Part shown: one piece after another, positions 48,652-59,900 of the stretch
How positions within the stretch are numbered: position 1 is the stretch's first letter
Layout of the letters: the number at the start of each line of letters is the position of its first letter
From: Bacilli bacterium
GTDB lineage: Bacteria > Bacillota_I > Bacilli_A > ML615J-28 > CAG-313
Length of the DNA: 64,000 nt
Assembly: GCA_900752975.1 (NCBI GenBank)
Contig: CAADXH010000018.1
Span: 124,695 to 188,694, forward strand
Direction of reading: 5' to 3'
Program-made: the position numbers and the translations under genes
Notes under the pieces: model-generated
Database searches by the model: none
What the model was told of the DNA's origin: nothing
Seen by the model: the letters and a program-made list of their open reading frames with translations, nothing else

Positions 48652-49362
48652 TCAATCTAAAATAGACTTGTTCGGTTTTCCATTAAAAGTTCTTCCAGTA
48701 GAACCTGATGCTTTACTCTGGTCTTCTTGAATTGATTGAGTTTGGACAGTTTCCGATGGAGAACTATAATCAGTTCGATTCACCGGAGTATCTCTAAGCA
48801 TCATAAATGTTAAAGATGTATTTGCATAATTCAACATATCTAGTGTTGATAATACATAATACATTCCTTTAAAAGTTTCTACTGATATTTGTACAGGTTC
48901 TGGTGTATTCAAATACATATTCAGACACATACAATCTCCAGATTCTTTCTTAAAGATTCCTGGAGATATCTTTATAACTTTATCTAACGGTAATTTTATT
49001 ACAAAACTTTCTTCATTTGTAATATAAAGACCATTATTCAAATAAGCATAAATATGTGATGAACCGGATTCAAACCAAGTCTTTTTCGCTCGATCAAACA
49101 TGTCCAACAAATCAAACATGTTTTCTGGATAAATACAAATCTTTTCTGTTTTACCAGTTCGTCTATCATCTATGAAAAGGTAATAGCTCAAACTACGTCG
49201 TATCATAGTATTACAACTAGGTTCTGATTTTATTTTAAATTCAGAACAATTCGAATAGACTTTATTATTAACTCGAAAAGATGCGATTACATGAAATACA
49301 ATCTTGATATCTTCATTGATTGTATAAATAATATCATTCATATACATATAATCTGATTGCAT
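48652..49362 (-). CDS. hypothetical protein
   Basis: SD AAAGGTGGTGG; 236 aa. Confidence 0.55.
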   Translation of the reverse strand: MQSDYMYMNDIIYTINEDIKIVFHVIASFRVNNKVYSNCSEFKIKSEPSCNTMIRRSLSYYLFIDDRRTGKTEKICIYPENMFDLLDMFDRAKKTWFESGSSHIYAYLNNGLYITNEESFVIKLPLDKVIKISPGIFKKESGDCMCLNMYLNTPEPVQISVETFKGMYYVLSTLDMLNYANTSLTFMMLRDTPVNRTDYSSPSETVQTQSIQEDQSKASGSTGRTFNGKPNKSILD

Positions 49363-49398
49363 ATTACCACCACCTTTTCATAAATGTAAAGTCTGGTA

Positions 49399-50949
49399 TT
49401 ACCACCAGACTTTATTTCCATTTTCATCCATCCTTTCAAATGGCATTCCACCATGATTTATTAATCTGTTATACATCACGTTAAAAGCTGTATTCTTCAA
49501 TTGTCTCACTGTGAATACAATCTCTTTCGTATCTAATGCATACTTGTCAAACATTGGTAGAGACTTCTTGTAGTAATTATAGATTGGTTTTACAGAAGTA
49601 TCAACCAAATCTATATAGAAAGAATTGTATTGTCTCGTTCTACCAAATCGTTGTTGATTCTGTGGTAATGACTTTGTTGGTTCTGCCATATTAACACAAA
49701 CCATAAGATCACTAATATCTAAGCATGCTCCAGCAGACTTAGAAGTGGTTAAAATGATTGTATTATTCTTAGCAGATTCTTTATCAGGATTGATAGAGGT
49801 ATATATGCCAATATCATCTGCATACTCAGAATAATTATATCGCAACCAATTATAAAAGAATACAATAGAATTGTTTGTAGAAAAGAAGAATAGCTTCTTT
49901 CCTGGAATCTTACTAATCATATCAAGTACGATTCTAGCAATATAGTCAAAGTTTTCTTTCATAACAAGGAAGTCACAATAAGTCATCTTATTAAACCCAT
50001 GTGTTGTTAAACAACTTGATAATTCATTGTTCGAGATGCCACTTTTATACAACATTGCAATATAATGCGTATGTGGGTCTGATTCTGGGTCAAATAAAGA
50101 TAGCATTGGGACATTGCAGAAGTAATTCTTATAGATTCGATTCTGTGCATCATCACCTCTTGACGGAGTTGCTGACAGGTACAGAGTCTTATAGACTGGA
50201 GAAGCATAATCTATATTACAGATATTCTCAAAATTTAGATGTGCTTCATCTATAATCTTAAGTCCAATTCCCAAAGTCTGAAATAACTCATCGATACGTT
50301 CCCAGCTATTATTGCTTGCATAAGATAATAGTGTATCATGAGTTACCATATACACTTTATACTTATCTTGATTAAATCTTTGAGATAGTATTTTATCAAT
50401 CATCTTAGAACCAGATATAAATAATATCTCAGAAGATATTACATTGGTGTGATAAAGATAACTATCTTTCCATTGATTCAACCATCCGACTGAATTTGTT
50501 ATAATAACTGTCTTTACATTCAACAATGCAGAGTAAACAATTCCTAAATATGTTTTACCTGCACCTGTATTCAATGCCAAAAACAATTGATTATATTTTT
50601 TCGTATAACTATATTCTCCCTTACCAGATAAGAACTTAAGTGCTAACTCTTGTTTCTCATCTTTTGGTGGGAACTTAATCAATATCTGATTAGAATTTGT
50701 TGCTGGTTTGTTATATTTGTTATCATAAAAAGCATAACTACCAACAAGTCTTTCAACCTTTTTGATATCGATTCCTCTCGGAATTGTATAAGTCTTTTCT
50801 TGACGGTTATATACACTTCCGATTGTTTTAAACCTGAAATAAGCTTTATCCCATAAATCAAACATTTTCTCTAACTCTGGGATATCATTTTGCTTATAGT
50901 TGTTAATCACGATTTTGTTATGATAAACAACAATCTTACGGTTATCCAT
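49399..50949 (-). CDS. SF2 DNA/RNA helicase (DEAH-type)
   Basis: Motif I LNTGAGKT; motif II IIDEAH; motif III SATP; motif VI QQRFGRTRQ. SD TAGGAGCG. Confidence 0.7.
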   Translation of the reverse strand: MDNRKIVVYHNKIVINNYKQNDIPELEKMFDLWDKAYFRFKTIGSVYNRQEKTYTIPRGIDIKKVERLVGSYAFYDNKYNKPATNSNQILIKFPPKDEKQELALKFLSGKGEYSYTKKYNQLFLALNTGAGKTYLGIVYSALLNVKTVIITNSVGWLNQWKDSYLYHTNVISSEILFISGSKMIDKILSQRFNQDKYKVYMVTHDTLLSYASNNSWERIDELFQTLGIGLKIIDEAHLNFENICNIDYASPVYKTLYLSATPSRGDDAQNRIYKNYFCNVPMLSLFDPESDPHTHYIAMLYKSGISNNELSSCLTTHGFNKMTYCDFLVMKENFDYIARIVLDMISKIPGKKLFFFSTNNSIVFFYNWLRYNYSEYADDIGIYTSINPDKESAKNNTIILTTSKSAGACLDISDLMVCVNMAEPTKSLPQNQQRFGRTRQYNSFYIDLVDTSVKPIYNYYKKSLPMFDKYALDTKEIVFTVRQLKNTAFNVMYNRLINHGGMPFERMDENGNKVWW

Positions 50950-50961
50950 ATAATATCACGC

Positions 50962-51003
50962 TCCTATATAAAACAGGACTACTCCCAAATAGAGAGTAGT
51001 CCC
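50962..51003 (-). terminator. rho-independent terminator
   Basis: GGACTACTC-loop-GAGTAGTCC hairpin followed by TGTTTTATATA on the minus strand. Confidence 0.6.
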
Positions 51004-51010
51004 GAAATTT

Positions 51011-53227
51011 TTAATCACCCATATACTTAAACAACTCATCTGATGTTCCCTGAGATTGAACAACTGGTTCATTCGCAAGGAACTTCTGTGGCTGTACCAT
51101 ATACAGCAAATCATATCCTGAAGGTTCATGCTTCTTGAAACTCAATGGTGAATATAACATTCTAGCAATATCCTCAGATTGAAGAGATATAGAAATACTT
51201 GGGTGGGTAGCAACTGCTTTCTTCAATGTGAGAATCTTATATTTCTGATTATCAGGAATTGACCAATCTGGAACTTCAATAATATTATCAATCGAACGAA
51301 GCTGATTCATAATAATTACTTCCAGATGAACACTCATGATATTATCAAGACCAATATCATTCAGCTTATTACTCAATGTTTCCAAGAATGTTTCAGCTGT
51401 ATAATTATCTGTATTTGCCTTGAGATTGATAATATTGATAACAGCTTGAAGTCTTTCAGACATATCATCATTATGAATATTATTCAAGTCGAACAAAGGA
51501 TAATCAGAACCAATAATATTGTTTACTGGAATAATGATATCTTCATCTACTGTATTAATATTCTTAAGTTTCAGATATTCCAAAAGCCAATCACTCAACT
51601 GGAAGTTATCAAGGTTTGATGAACGAATTGGATAATCTTCTCCAGTAGATTCATTTCTAAGATAAAATACATTTACATACTTTATCACATCTTCAAAACT
51701 TGTATCTACGTCATCATCGTTTTCGTCGTTTTCTACAGAAGCGAATATTTCTTCCTGAATGTCTCCTTCTCTGATGACAAACTTCCATTTCTTTCCATCT
51801 CTGAATTCCGGATTAATATAAATTGTACCGTCATCTAATGTGATAAGACGTTCAATTTGTTCCTTCGGAAGTACAGTTGTATCAAAGGTCACTTCATTAA
51901 TCTTAGCTTCAAGAAGATGTTTTGCAGATAGCATCATCTGAGTCAATGGTTCAGTAAGATTCGTTACACTATAAATACCAATGTTTACAGCTGGTATAAT
52001 ATTGTATAACTCGCCCATACATTTTCTACAAATACCAAGTCCCATTGCTGCTGATTTACACTTGATTGGGCTTCTAAGATATATCTCTTGTCCAATAAGA
52101 TCAGAATTCTTCTTTACGATATTATATACATCGCTTGTCCGATATTCCATTCCTCTTGGGTTGGTACGATAGTATCTATCTGCAATCTTTCTCAATGCAG
52201 TTTCATCCGTAACTTTATATTTCAAGAAGTTACGAGTTCCACAATCAAAATACGGGTCGATTGTATTCGTATACGGTTTTGTATACTTCTTTGTTCTAGA
52301 ACAATTCAATATCATAATTCTACTAAACTGTCCAGAACGAGCAGTATTTTTCTTTGACAGAATCTGTGCAATTCTAGCAATCAAAGATTCAAGAATATGA
52401 AATGCAACATTATTAGCACCACCGCTAATATAATTCGTGTCTACTACATATGGGAAAATACTACCTTCCCCATTCGGTTTGACACCAATATTAATATACA
52501 TTTCACGAGCTTGTTTTGGTTTGACGCCTTCTTTTGCTCTAAAGGCATCTGATAGACAATGGTCTCTACCGATATACTGTTTCGCATTAACGATATAATC
52601 AATTAATCGATTCATATCTTTTAATGCTTCTGCGTTCATCTGTTCTGGTGGAAACTGAGAATAATAATGATTCTTATGTCTATCCATGATTTCTTTAAAT
52701 CCTGGACAATTGTTATACATAAGAATGAAATCTTCATTGTTAATGGAGTTGTTGAAGAACCACGCAAATCCATCTACAAACTTAAGATTTCTCAAAGTAT
52801 CATAGATAATGCGATTCAAATTATGAATAATCATAATGTTATTGTCTTTACCACAACGTTCTCTTGTTGGGATAATCGCAAAATTATCAATATACTTTTT
52901 GATATAGCTGTTAGTAATACCAGCCTTATTGAAGAAAACATGATATGGTTTAATTCTTTGACCGGTCTTAATAACAAACTGCCACACAATAATGTTTATG
53001 AGAGCATATGCTAGTGGTAAAATAACTATCATATTGTTCTCAAATACAAATTGTATCTTTGTATTTTGTACTCTCGGAACCTCAATGTAATCCAAGAATA
53101 CATCCTTCAAATCTTTCACATAATCATCAATGGTTTCTTCATTAATATCAATCGTATTGATTGAAATGGGATTGCCATTAATGACTGGTGTAAACACACC
53201 ATAGTCGTACACTGCGAGTGCGTTCAT
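51011..53227 (-). CDS. multisubunit RNA polymerase beta-prime subunit, C-terminal fragment (contains the trigger-loop region)
   Basis: YLRSPIKCKSAAMGLGICRKCMGE resembles beta-prime VRSVVSC...GVCAHCYGRD. SVTNLTEPLTQMMLSAKH resembles the trigger-loop GEPGTQLTMRTFH. SD TAGGAGGT. Confidence 0.6.
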   Translation of the reverse strand: MNALAVYDYGVFTPVINGNPISINTIDINEETIDDYVKDLKDVFLDYIEVPRVQNTKIQFVFENNMIVILPLAYALINIIVWQFVIKTGQRIKPYHVFFNKAGITNSYIKKYIDNFAIIPTRERCGKDNNIMIIHNLNRIIYDTLRNLKFVDGFAWFFNNSINNEDFILMYNNCPGFKEIMDRHKNHYYSQFPPEQMNAEALKDMNRLIDYIVNAKQYIGRDHCLSDAFRAKEGVKPKQAREMYINIGVKPNGEGSIFPYVVDTNYISGGANNVAFHILESLIARIAQILSKKNTARSGQFSRIMILNCSRTKKYTKPYTNTIDPYFDCGTRNFLKYKVTDETALRKIADRYYRTNPRGMEYRTSDVYNIVKKNSDLIGQEIYLRSPIKCKSAAMGLGICRKCMGELYNIIPAVNIGIYSVTNLTEPLTQMMLSAKHLLEAKINEVTFDTTVLPKEQIERLITLDDGTIYINPEFRDGKKWKFVIREGDIQEEIFASVENDENDDDVDTSFEDVIKYVNVFYLRNESTGEDYPIRSSNLDNFQLSDWLLEYLKLKNINTVDEDIIIPVNNIIGSDYPLFDLNNIHNDDMSERLQAVINIINLKANTDNYTAETFLETLSNKLNDIGLDNIMSVHLEVIIMNQLRSIDNIIEVPDWSIPDNQKYKILTLKKAVATHPSISISLQSEDIARMLYSPLSFKKHEPSGYDLLYMVQPQKFLANEPVVQSQGTSDELFKYMGD

Positions 53228-53310
53228 AATTTTCTACCTCCTATAAAATACATTCTTTATAGTAATAGTTTTCGGGCGAGTCAAATCCTATTACTATCTT
53301 AATAGTATAC

Positions 53311-53352
53311 AGAAGAAAAAGAAATTGGTCAGTAGAACAATCTACTGACCAA
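53311..53352 (-). terminator. rho-independent terminator
   Basis: TTGGTCAGTAGA-loop-TCTACTGACCAA hairpin followed by a T-run on the minus strand. Confidence 0.65.
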
Positions 53353-53363
53353 CTTTTGTTAAC

Positions 53364-53822
53364 TTAGTGACGAGTTTTACTCATTTCTCTAGGCTGCAGT
53401 TTAGGGGTGTTTACATGTTTCTGACCCTGTCCAGAAACATACATACGCTGACCCTGTCTAGCAACGATCTGAGCCTTATTTGCATACTTCTTCTTAATAG
53501 CAGCAAGTAACTTACGTTCTTGAATACGATTCTTTACAAGCTTATTCCAAAGAGCATCATGATTGTCTTTAGCTAACTGTAAAGCAGCCATACCAGTACG
53601 ACGAGTCAAATCATCATTCTTATTCAACTTTACAATTGTTCTACGACTAATCTTCTTTGCTTCCATAAGTACATCTGCTTCTTCCAAAAGTTCACGCTTT
53701 TCAGAATCAGAATCTGCGTAATGATCATCATAGAAGAATGCTTCTTGCAATTCATCCATGTTTAAAGAAACTTGTGTTTCTCTCAAATCCTGAGAGAGTC
53801 TTTCATTTGTATAAAGTCCCAT
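53364..53822 (-). CDS. basic hypothetical protein
   Basis: SD AAAGGAGGAT; K/R-rich C-terminal half. Confidence 0.55.
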   Translation of the reverse strand: MGLYTNERLSQDLRETQVSLNMDELQEAFFYDDHYADSDSEKRELLEEADVLMEAKKISRRTIVKLNKNDDLTRRTGMAALQLAKDNHDALWNKLVKNRIQERKLLAAIKKKYANKAQIVARQGQRMYVSGQGQKHVNTPKLQPREMSKTRH

Positions 53823-54002
53823 AGGATATATCCTCCTTTAAAAAAAATAAAATTTAATTGCAATTAAAGTTTATTATATTTTGCATACTAATCCCAGTCT
53901 TTTATATAATTGTTATGTTTTTAAAGCATGAATAACAATCTGATAAATAATTAATAAGATTACGTATTACGTAGTCTGAGAGAATATTGGAGGTAATTAA
54001 AA

Positions 54003-56102
54003 ATGGATATCACACAAATGGTTAACAGTCCGACAGTAGATATATATAAGAATGAGATGTTGGATGCTCTGAAACTATCATTTCCTGGTTTGACAGAATT
54101 TGATTTGAGAGAAGCAATCGATTATTCTATTGTAAAGAGAGGTAAGGATAGTAAAGCATATCTAGATAATAACTACAAAAAAGTAAGGGAAAAGAGAACT
54201 CTGTTTGAGATTACAGATTATATCATTCAAAGAGAACCGATTATTACAGTATCTGGTGTTATGTTTAAGAAACATGGTTCTTGTCCAAACCCATTCGTAA
54301 GATTAATTCAAGAGTTCTTGGAACAAAGAGGAATCTATAAAAAAACAATGTTCAAGTATCCGAAAGGTTCAGAAGAATTTGAAAAGTATAATATTCTTCA
54401 ACTTTCGGAAAAAGTTTCTGGTAATGCAATGTATGGTGCATCTGGTAATCATACAAGTGTCTTCTATAATCTTTATGTAGCAAGAAGCATTACAATGCAA
54501 GGTAGAAGTTGTATTGCAGCTGCTATTATGCTGTTTGAAGCTACAATGGCAAATAATGTAAAACTTCTCAGTTTAAACGATGTTGTTACATTTATCAATA
54601 ATGTAAGAAGAGAACCAATTGGAAAATATCCTGATGAGATTATTCTTGATAAAGATAAGTATGTGACAGCAGAAGAATGTTTCTTTAAAATCTTATACAG
54701 TTGTGGATTCTATTGGATTCCAACTGAAAAAGAAATGACTCTGATTTGGGATATTATTAATCAATGTAGTCAGCATGAGTTGAACAAATTGTTTTATAAA
54801 AACAATCTATTCTGGTTTGTAGATAATAGCGTCGTAATGAATAAAATTTTAAGTATTTTGTCTACTCTTGATGCACCATTTATTGACCCGAATGAACCAC
54901 CGGAATCTATCAAAGGAATGATGGATGAATTATATGATATGATATTTGAATGGGTTTATTATGATAAACAGTATATGGATAGAATCGATAGAACTGAGAA
55001 TATGTATCGTTGCGTATCTATGCTTACAGATACAGATAGTTGTTTCATTTCATTTGATGGATGGTATCGTTATATTCTAGATAAAACATTCAATATTCCA
55101 ATGAAGATTAAAGAACTTGAAATCGAAGAAAAAACTGGTGAAATAAAAGAAGCTTTTGATATTTCATATGACTATGATTTCTATACAGATGAAATTATTG
55201 AAAGTCAGAACATTATTAGACCTGACGTTATCACACCTCAAGTAGGATTCCGTTGTAGTATTATCAATATTCTTGCTAGTATTATGGGGAAACTTGCAAT
55301 TGACTATATGGGTAAGTATTCTGATAACTCTAATTCTACAACTTGTTATGACGGTTCAAAGCGTAAGAGTTTCTTCATTCTTAAGAATGAGTTTCAACTT
55401 AAACGTGCTCTTATTACGGATGGTAAAAAGAACTATTGTGCATATCAAGAAAGACAAGAATCTAATATCATCCCAAAAGAAAAAGCATTATCAATTACAG
55501 GTATGCCGATTAAAAAAGTTGGTGTTCCGGAATCTACTAAGATTAGATTACAGAGAATTTTACTCGACCAAGTACTTGATAATCCTGGAGAAATCTCTCA
55601 AGTAGAAATTGTAAAGCAACTAGCTGTGTTGGAAAAACAAATCATTGAAGCAATCGAAAATGGTAGTAAGGATTATTTCAAGCCTGAAAGAATTAAAGCA
55701 TTCAGTGCATATGATACTCCGATGAGAGAATCTGGTATTAAAGCATCTGTTGCATTTAATTTCTTGAAAGATGATAATATGGAAGCAATTGACCTAGACC
55801 AAAGAAACAGTATTCTAAATATCAAAGTAAACATTGACAAAAAGAATGTTGATGGGTTGAAAGAAAAGTATCCACAGATTTATGAAAAAGCGGTAGAGCT
55901 GATGACTACAAAAAAAGAATTCGCTAAGGGAATTACAGGTATTGCAATTCTTGATAATATGCAAGTTCCGGAATGGGTAAAAGATTATATTGATTATGCA
56001 ACAATTGTAAATGATAATCTTCGTTCATTCCCATGTGAAGCATTAGGTATAGACCGTATTGAAAATAAGTATATAAACTATACGAATATTTTGAAGTTCT
56101 AA
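54003..56102 (+). CDS. family B DNA polymerase, C-terminal part (motifs B, C, KKxY; palm/fingers/thumb)
   Basis: Motif B KVSGNAMYG; motif C LTDTDSCFISF; KKxY region GKKNYCAYQ. SD TTGGAGGT. Begins about 130 aa before motif B and has no exonuclease domain or motif A. Confidence 0.75.
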   Translation: MDITQMVNSPTVDIYKNEMLDALKLSFPGLTEFDLREAIDYSIVKRGKDSKAYLDNNYKKVREKRTLFEITDYIIQREPIITVSGVMFKKHGSCPNPFVRLIQEFLEQRGIYKKTMFKYPKGSEEFEKYNILQLSEKVSGNAMYGASGNHTSVFYNLYVARSITMQGRSCIAAAIMLFEATMANNVKLLSLNDVVTFINNVRREPIGKYPDEIILDKDKYVTAEECFFKILYSCGFYWIPTEKEMTLIWDIINQCSQHELNKLFYKNNLFWFVDNSVVMNKILSILSTLDAPFIDPNEPPESIKGMMDELYDMIFEWVYYDKQYMDRIDRTENMYRCVSMLTDTDSCFISFDGWYRYILDKTFNIPMKIKELEIEEKTGEIKEAFDISYDYDFYTDEIIESQNIIRPDVITPQVGFRCSIINILASIMGKLAIDYMGKYSDNSNSTTCYDGSKRKSFFILKNEFQLKRALITDGKKNYCAYQERQESNIIPKEKALSITGMPIKKVGVPESTKIRLQRILLDQVLDNPGEISQVEIVKQLAVLEKQIIEAIENGSKDYFKPERIKAFSAYDTPMRESGIKASVAFNFLKDDNMEAIDLDQRNSILNIKVNIDKKNVDGLKEKYPQIYEKAVELMTTKKEFAKGITGIAILDNMQVPEWVKDYIDYATIVNDNLRSFPCEALGIDRIENKYINYTNILKF

Positions 56103-56150
56103 ACAAAAAAGAAGAATGGATGTAGAGTCCATTCTTCTTATTCTGTCTTT
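56103..56150. terminator. bidirectional rho-independent terminator
   Basis: AAGAAGAATGGA-loop-TCCATTCTTCTT hairpin flanked by an A-run and a T-run. Confidence 0.7.
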
Positions 56151-56671
56151 TAGCAAGCTTTGCAGTCAAGACCAAACATTCCGATTAAATCTAATGCCCA
56201 GCTAACATTCAGCTGACGTTCTGCATAAGGTTCAATTCCGATTGTTTCACAATTATGATTATTACAGAATTCTATTAAAGCTTCAGACGCATCGTCACGT
56301 TCTACGATTTCCATCTCAAATAACTTTTCAAGAATTTCATGTAAATAAACCCAATCGCTAATATACTGCATTACCTGAGATGCATCTTCAGCAGACATGC
56401 CACCGAACATGCCGATCAAATCTTCAACCAGGCTAATATTCAGCTGACGTTCTGCGTAAGGTTCAATTCCGATTGTTTCAGAATCGTGTTCATTCATCCA
56501 AGATACGAATGCACCATTCATGTCTTCCAGATTAGCTGTATCCATTCCGAAGCCAAACAGCTTTTCGGAAATTTCACACAGATAAATGTAGTCATTCAAG
56601 TAAGAGATAACTTCCTGTGCGTTGTTAGCGGTTGCGATTGCAATATTGTTCATCATTTTAGCGTTCATCAT
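56150..56671 (-). CDS. hypothetical protein made of two ~80-aa internal repeats
   Basis: The segment ..ETIGIEPYAERQLN.S...DLIGMFG occurs twice. SD GGAGGC precedes MMNAKMMN. The ORF-track N-terminal extension is leader sequence. Confidence 0.55.
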   Translation of the reverse strand: MMNAKMMNNIAIATANNAQEVISYLNDYIYLCEISEKLFGFGMDTANLEDMNGAFVSWMNEHDSETIGIEPYAERQLNISLVEDLIGMFGGMSAEDASQVMQYISDWVYLHEILEKLFEMEIVERDDASEALIEFCNNHNCETIGIEPYAERQLNVSWALDLIGMFGLDCKAC

Positions 56672-56833
56672 AATAAGCCTCCAAAGTTTCCGGAACATAG
56701 TGAACTATCAATATAGGTTTGTTCCAATAACCATATAATGATATTGTACATTGTTGTACGGCTCAGTTTTAAGTCATCCAAGCGTCCAGACTAAATAGAC
56801 CTTTCTAAGGATAATACTATAATACTATCTTCT

Positions 56834-56877
56834 ATTCATTATAATTATATATAAGTGAATATAGGTAGTTTTACAAA
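56834..56877 (+). promoter_or_regulatory. third copy of the recurring promoter-like motif
   Basis: ATTCATTATAATTATATATAAGTGAATATAGGTAGTTTTACAAA, about 65 nt upstream of the ATG at 56942. A diverged leader-like sequence (GGAACATAG...) lies on the other side, upstream of 56150-56671. Confidence 0.55.
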
Positions 56878-56941
56878 GTCCGATATATTCTACTATCTTT
56901 AACATATCTATAATTGTGTAAATGAAAGGAGGATATTATAT

Positions 56942-59900
56942 ATGGCTGTTTCAGTTCAGAAATATATTAAAAATATGGCAAAATCTGTAGCTTATACAAC
57001 TTCAGATGTATTACAAACTAAGTTTGAATATGTTAAAGAATTTAAAGACGAGAATAAAGAAGTCTTTAAAGAAGTTTATCATTCTGTACATGATTATAGA
57101 ACTACATTTGCCAGAGTGAAAAAAGCTATTACAAATAATAAAATAATAGACGCTGCCAGAGTAGGGTATGATTCTGTTCTATATAGTATTACTACCGGTG
57201 ATTTCTATGCAAAGAATAGAGAAAATGAAATATCTGAAAAATATGGCGGTTCCATAATGGCAGATCTTGATATCGATGATGACGATTTCAACTGGGATAA
57301 TGAAGATATTTCTACTGGTGAAAAGGTTATTGCTACGGCTGTTAAAAAGAATAGTAAGATTAATACTGCTCTAACAGTTGAAGCAATTGCAAAAACTGGT
57401 AAAGCACAAATGGATGTTGCAAAAGAAAACACTATGCTGTTATATACTCAAAACGAACGTATGCTAAATAAGTTAGATACTGGGTTTGAGAATGTATTAG
57501 GTTTTCTTAAGCAGAATGGTGAACAAACTGCCAAGATTCAAAATCAAATGAATGAGAATCTTAATAAGTTTATGACCAATGTGGATAATAATGTAGCGAA
57601 ATTAACTGCACAAATGGATGAACTTCTTAAGATGCAGAGAAACATGTATAATCCTCAGAAACAAGAAGAACAAAATAAAAGAGCTGGATACGACGATCTT
57701 ATTAGTCGTGGTGGTGTATTGAATATCAGAGAGTATGCGAAGCATGTTAAAAGACAAGCTTTTAATACGTTAAATAGTTTGACAGGTAATGGTCTTAGTA
57801 TGTTACTTGGTGATACAACAGGTGAAAATTCTAACTTGTTAGCACAGTTTGCTGCTACACCATTTAGAAGTACAATGGCTACGTTAATGAATAAAGCACT
57901 TGGTGCTAGATTCGATAAAGCAGCTGCTGAATTAAATACTACATTAGCAGGAATTATTCCATCATTAATTGCAAAGATGAATAATGCTGGTAAGAAAAGT
58001 GATAATGGTATTATGGGTTTCTTAGGTAAGATTTTTGGTATCAAAGATAAATCTAATGAAACTATTAATCCAGGAGCATATAATAAGGGTGCTATTCCGT
58101 TTGATGGAATAACTAAACGTGCGATTACAGATGTAATCCCATACTATTTAAGAAAGATGACGTCTGCATTAACTGGTGGACAAGAAATGACATATAACTA
58201 TGAATCTGGTAGATGGATGACTGTACGTTCATTATTAGCAGAACATAAGAATGTCAATGAGTCTGCATTAAATAGCACTACTTCAACATTACTTAGTATT
58301 CTTGAAAGTAATATGAATGGACGTAGACTAAGTAATTCTTTTGAAAATAAAAAAGATTATGATAGTTTCATGAATGCTCTAAGACAGTATGCTAGTCGTG
58401 TTCAAAATGCTGGTGGTGATGTTGGTTCTATTAAAGAATCAGATCTTAGAGGTGCTGAAAGAGAAGTTCATAATGCGTTACGACATGTTCTTCAAATATC
58501 TTATGGTGGATATAATAATGCAGCTTATAACGGTGATAGAAGATATGTAGAAAGAAATGGAAAAAGAGTTGAATCTGGTCTAGGAAGAAGTGCAATTAGT
58601 ACTTTAAGTACTACTGTCAGAGAACAAATCAAATCTCAAAATTCTACTATTAAGAGTATTAATGCTGGTAACTCTATCTTATATCAAATTGATGCTGAAG
58701 GATTAGCAGGCGTTGATCCTAAGAACTTCATAGGAAAAGCAATGCAATATAATCAACATGGTGATATGACAGATAGATATGTTCAAGAATTACCAATGTC
58801 TCAATCTTTACTTCGTGCAAAGGATGAATATGGTTATACAATCTATAACTATTTAAGAGATATGGGTGGAAGTCTTAGATTCATTAAAGCCAATTCTATC
58901 TATCTTGCTGGTATTGAAGCTCTTGGAAATCTAGTAGCTGCAGGTAATAGCTCAAAACGTGGTAAAAAAAGAAGAAAATCTAATTCAAGTCCATCTCAAG
59001 AAAATTGGGATAGACTATTTAATGCATCTTCTAATCAAGATGTAAAATATGATAATAAGAAAGATGAAAAGTATTCTCATACTTATTATCAAGATCAATA
59101 TAAAAAGAGTGTTGATAATTCAGAGGTATCTTATAAGAAAAATATTCAGAATGCTAAAAAGAGAGCTGCTGAAAAAGGAAAAAGCTTCGAAACTGCTACT
59201 AGTACTGATTTTCGTAGTTCTGATGATGAAATCGGATTAGCAAGAATCATGATGGGTGCAGAAAGCGATATTGTCGCTGGTGCAATTGTAGAAGAAGAAA
59301 AGAGAAAGAAAAAGGAATCTGATGAAAGATGGAAGAAGTTAGAAGATATCTTTGGTTCAGATCGTGCTAAGAAATTTAGAGAAGCATCAGAAAAATTCAA
59401 TAAAGAACAAACTTTAAGTAAGAATATGGAGAAAGTAAAAGACCAAGGCTTTGGTGCAAACTTAGTAATGTTTACTAAGTGGGCAAGCGATAAAGTAGGT
59501 AAGCCTGGAGATCTGATGGCAGATAATATTCTCAAAATAGATTATTGGTTACAGAAAGTAATTTATGGTGAAGACTTACGACCAGAAGATCAAAAAACGT
59601 CTTTCTTCGGACATATCAAAAAAGAAATCAGAGATGGCTTTACTTTAGTATCTGATAAGATTTCTGAAACCTTTGAAAAAGTAAGAGATAAGATAAAACC
59701 TTATCTTGAAAAACCAATGAACTTCTTATTTGGTAAACCAAATTCTGAAGGAATTCGAGAAGGCGGTGTATTCGGTGGATTCATTGGAGGAATGCAAAAA
59801 GGTCTTCGAAAGAATGCTGAAGATGTAGCAAAATATGTAAAAGAACAAGCTGCTGAAAAAGCAAGAAAACTAAAGTCCTCTCTTAAGCCAGAAGACCGTG

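Noticed and set aside
51011-53227. Idea that 51011-53227 is a beta (rather than beta-prime) subunit
   Set aside because: The CxxCYG-like RSPIKCKSAAMGLGICRKCMGE segment and the trigger-loop-like EPLTQMMLSAKH are beta-prime features. No beta signature (for example a GGQRFGEME-like motif) was seen.
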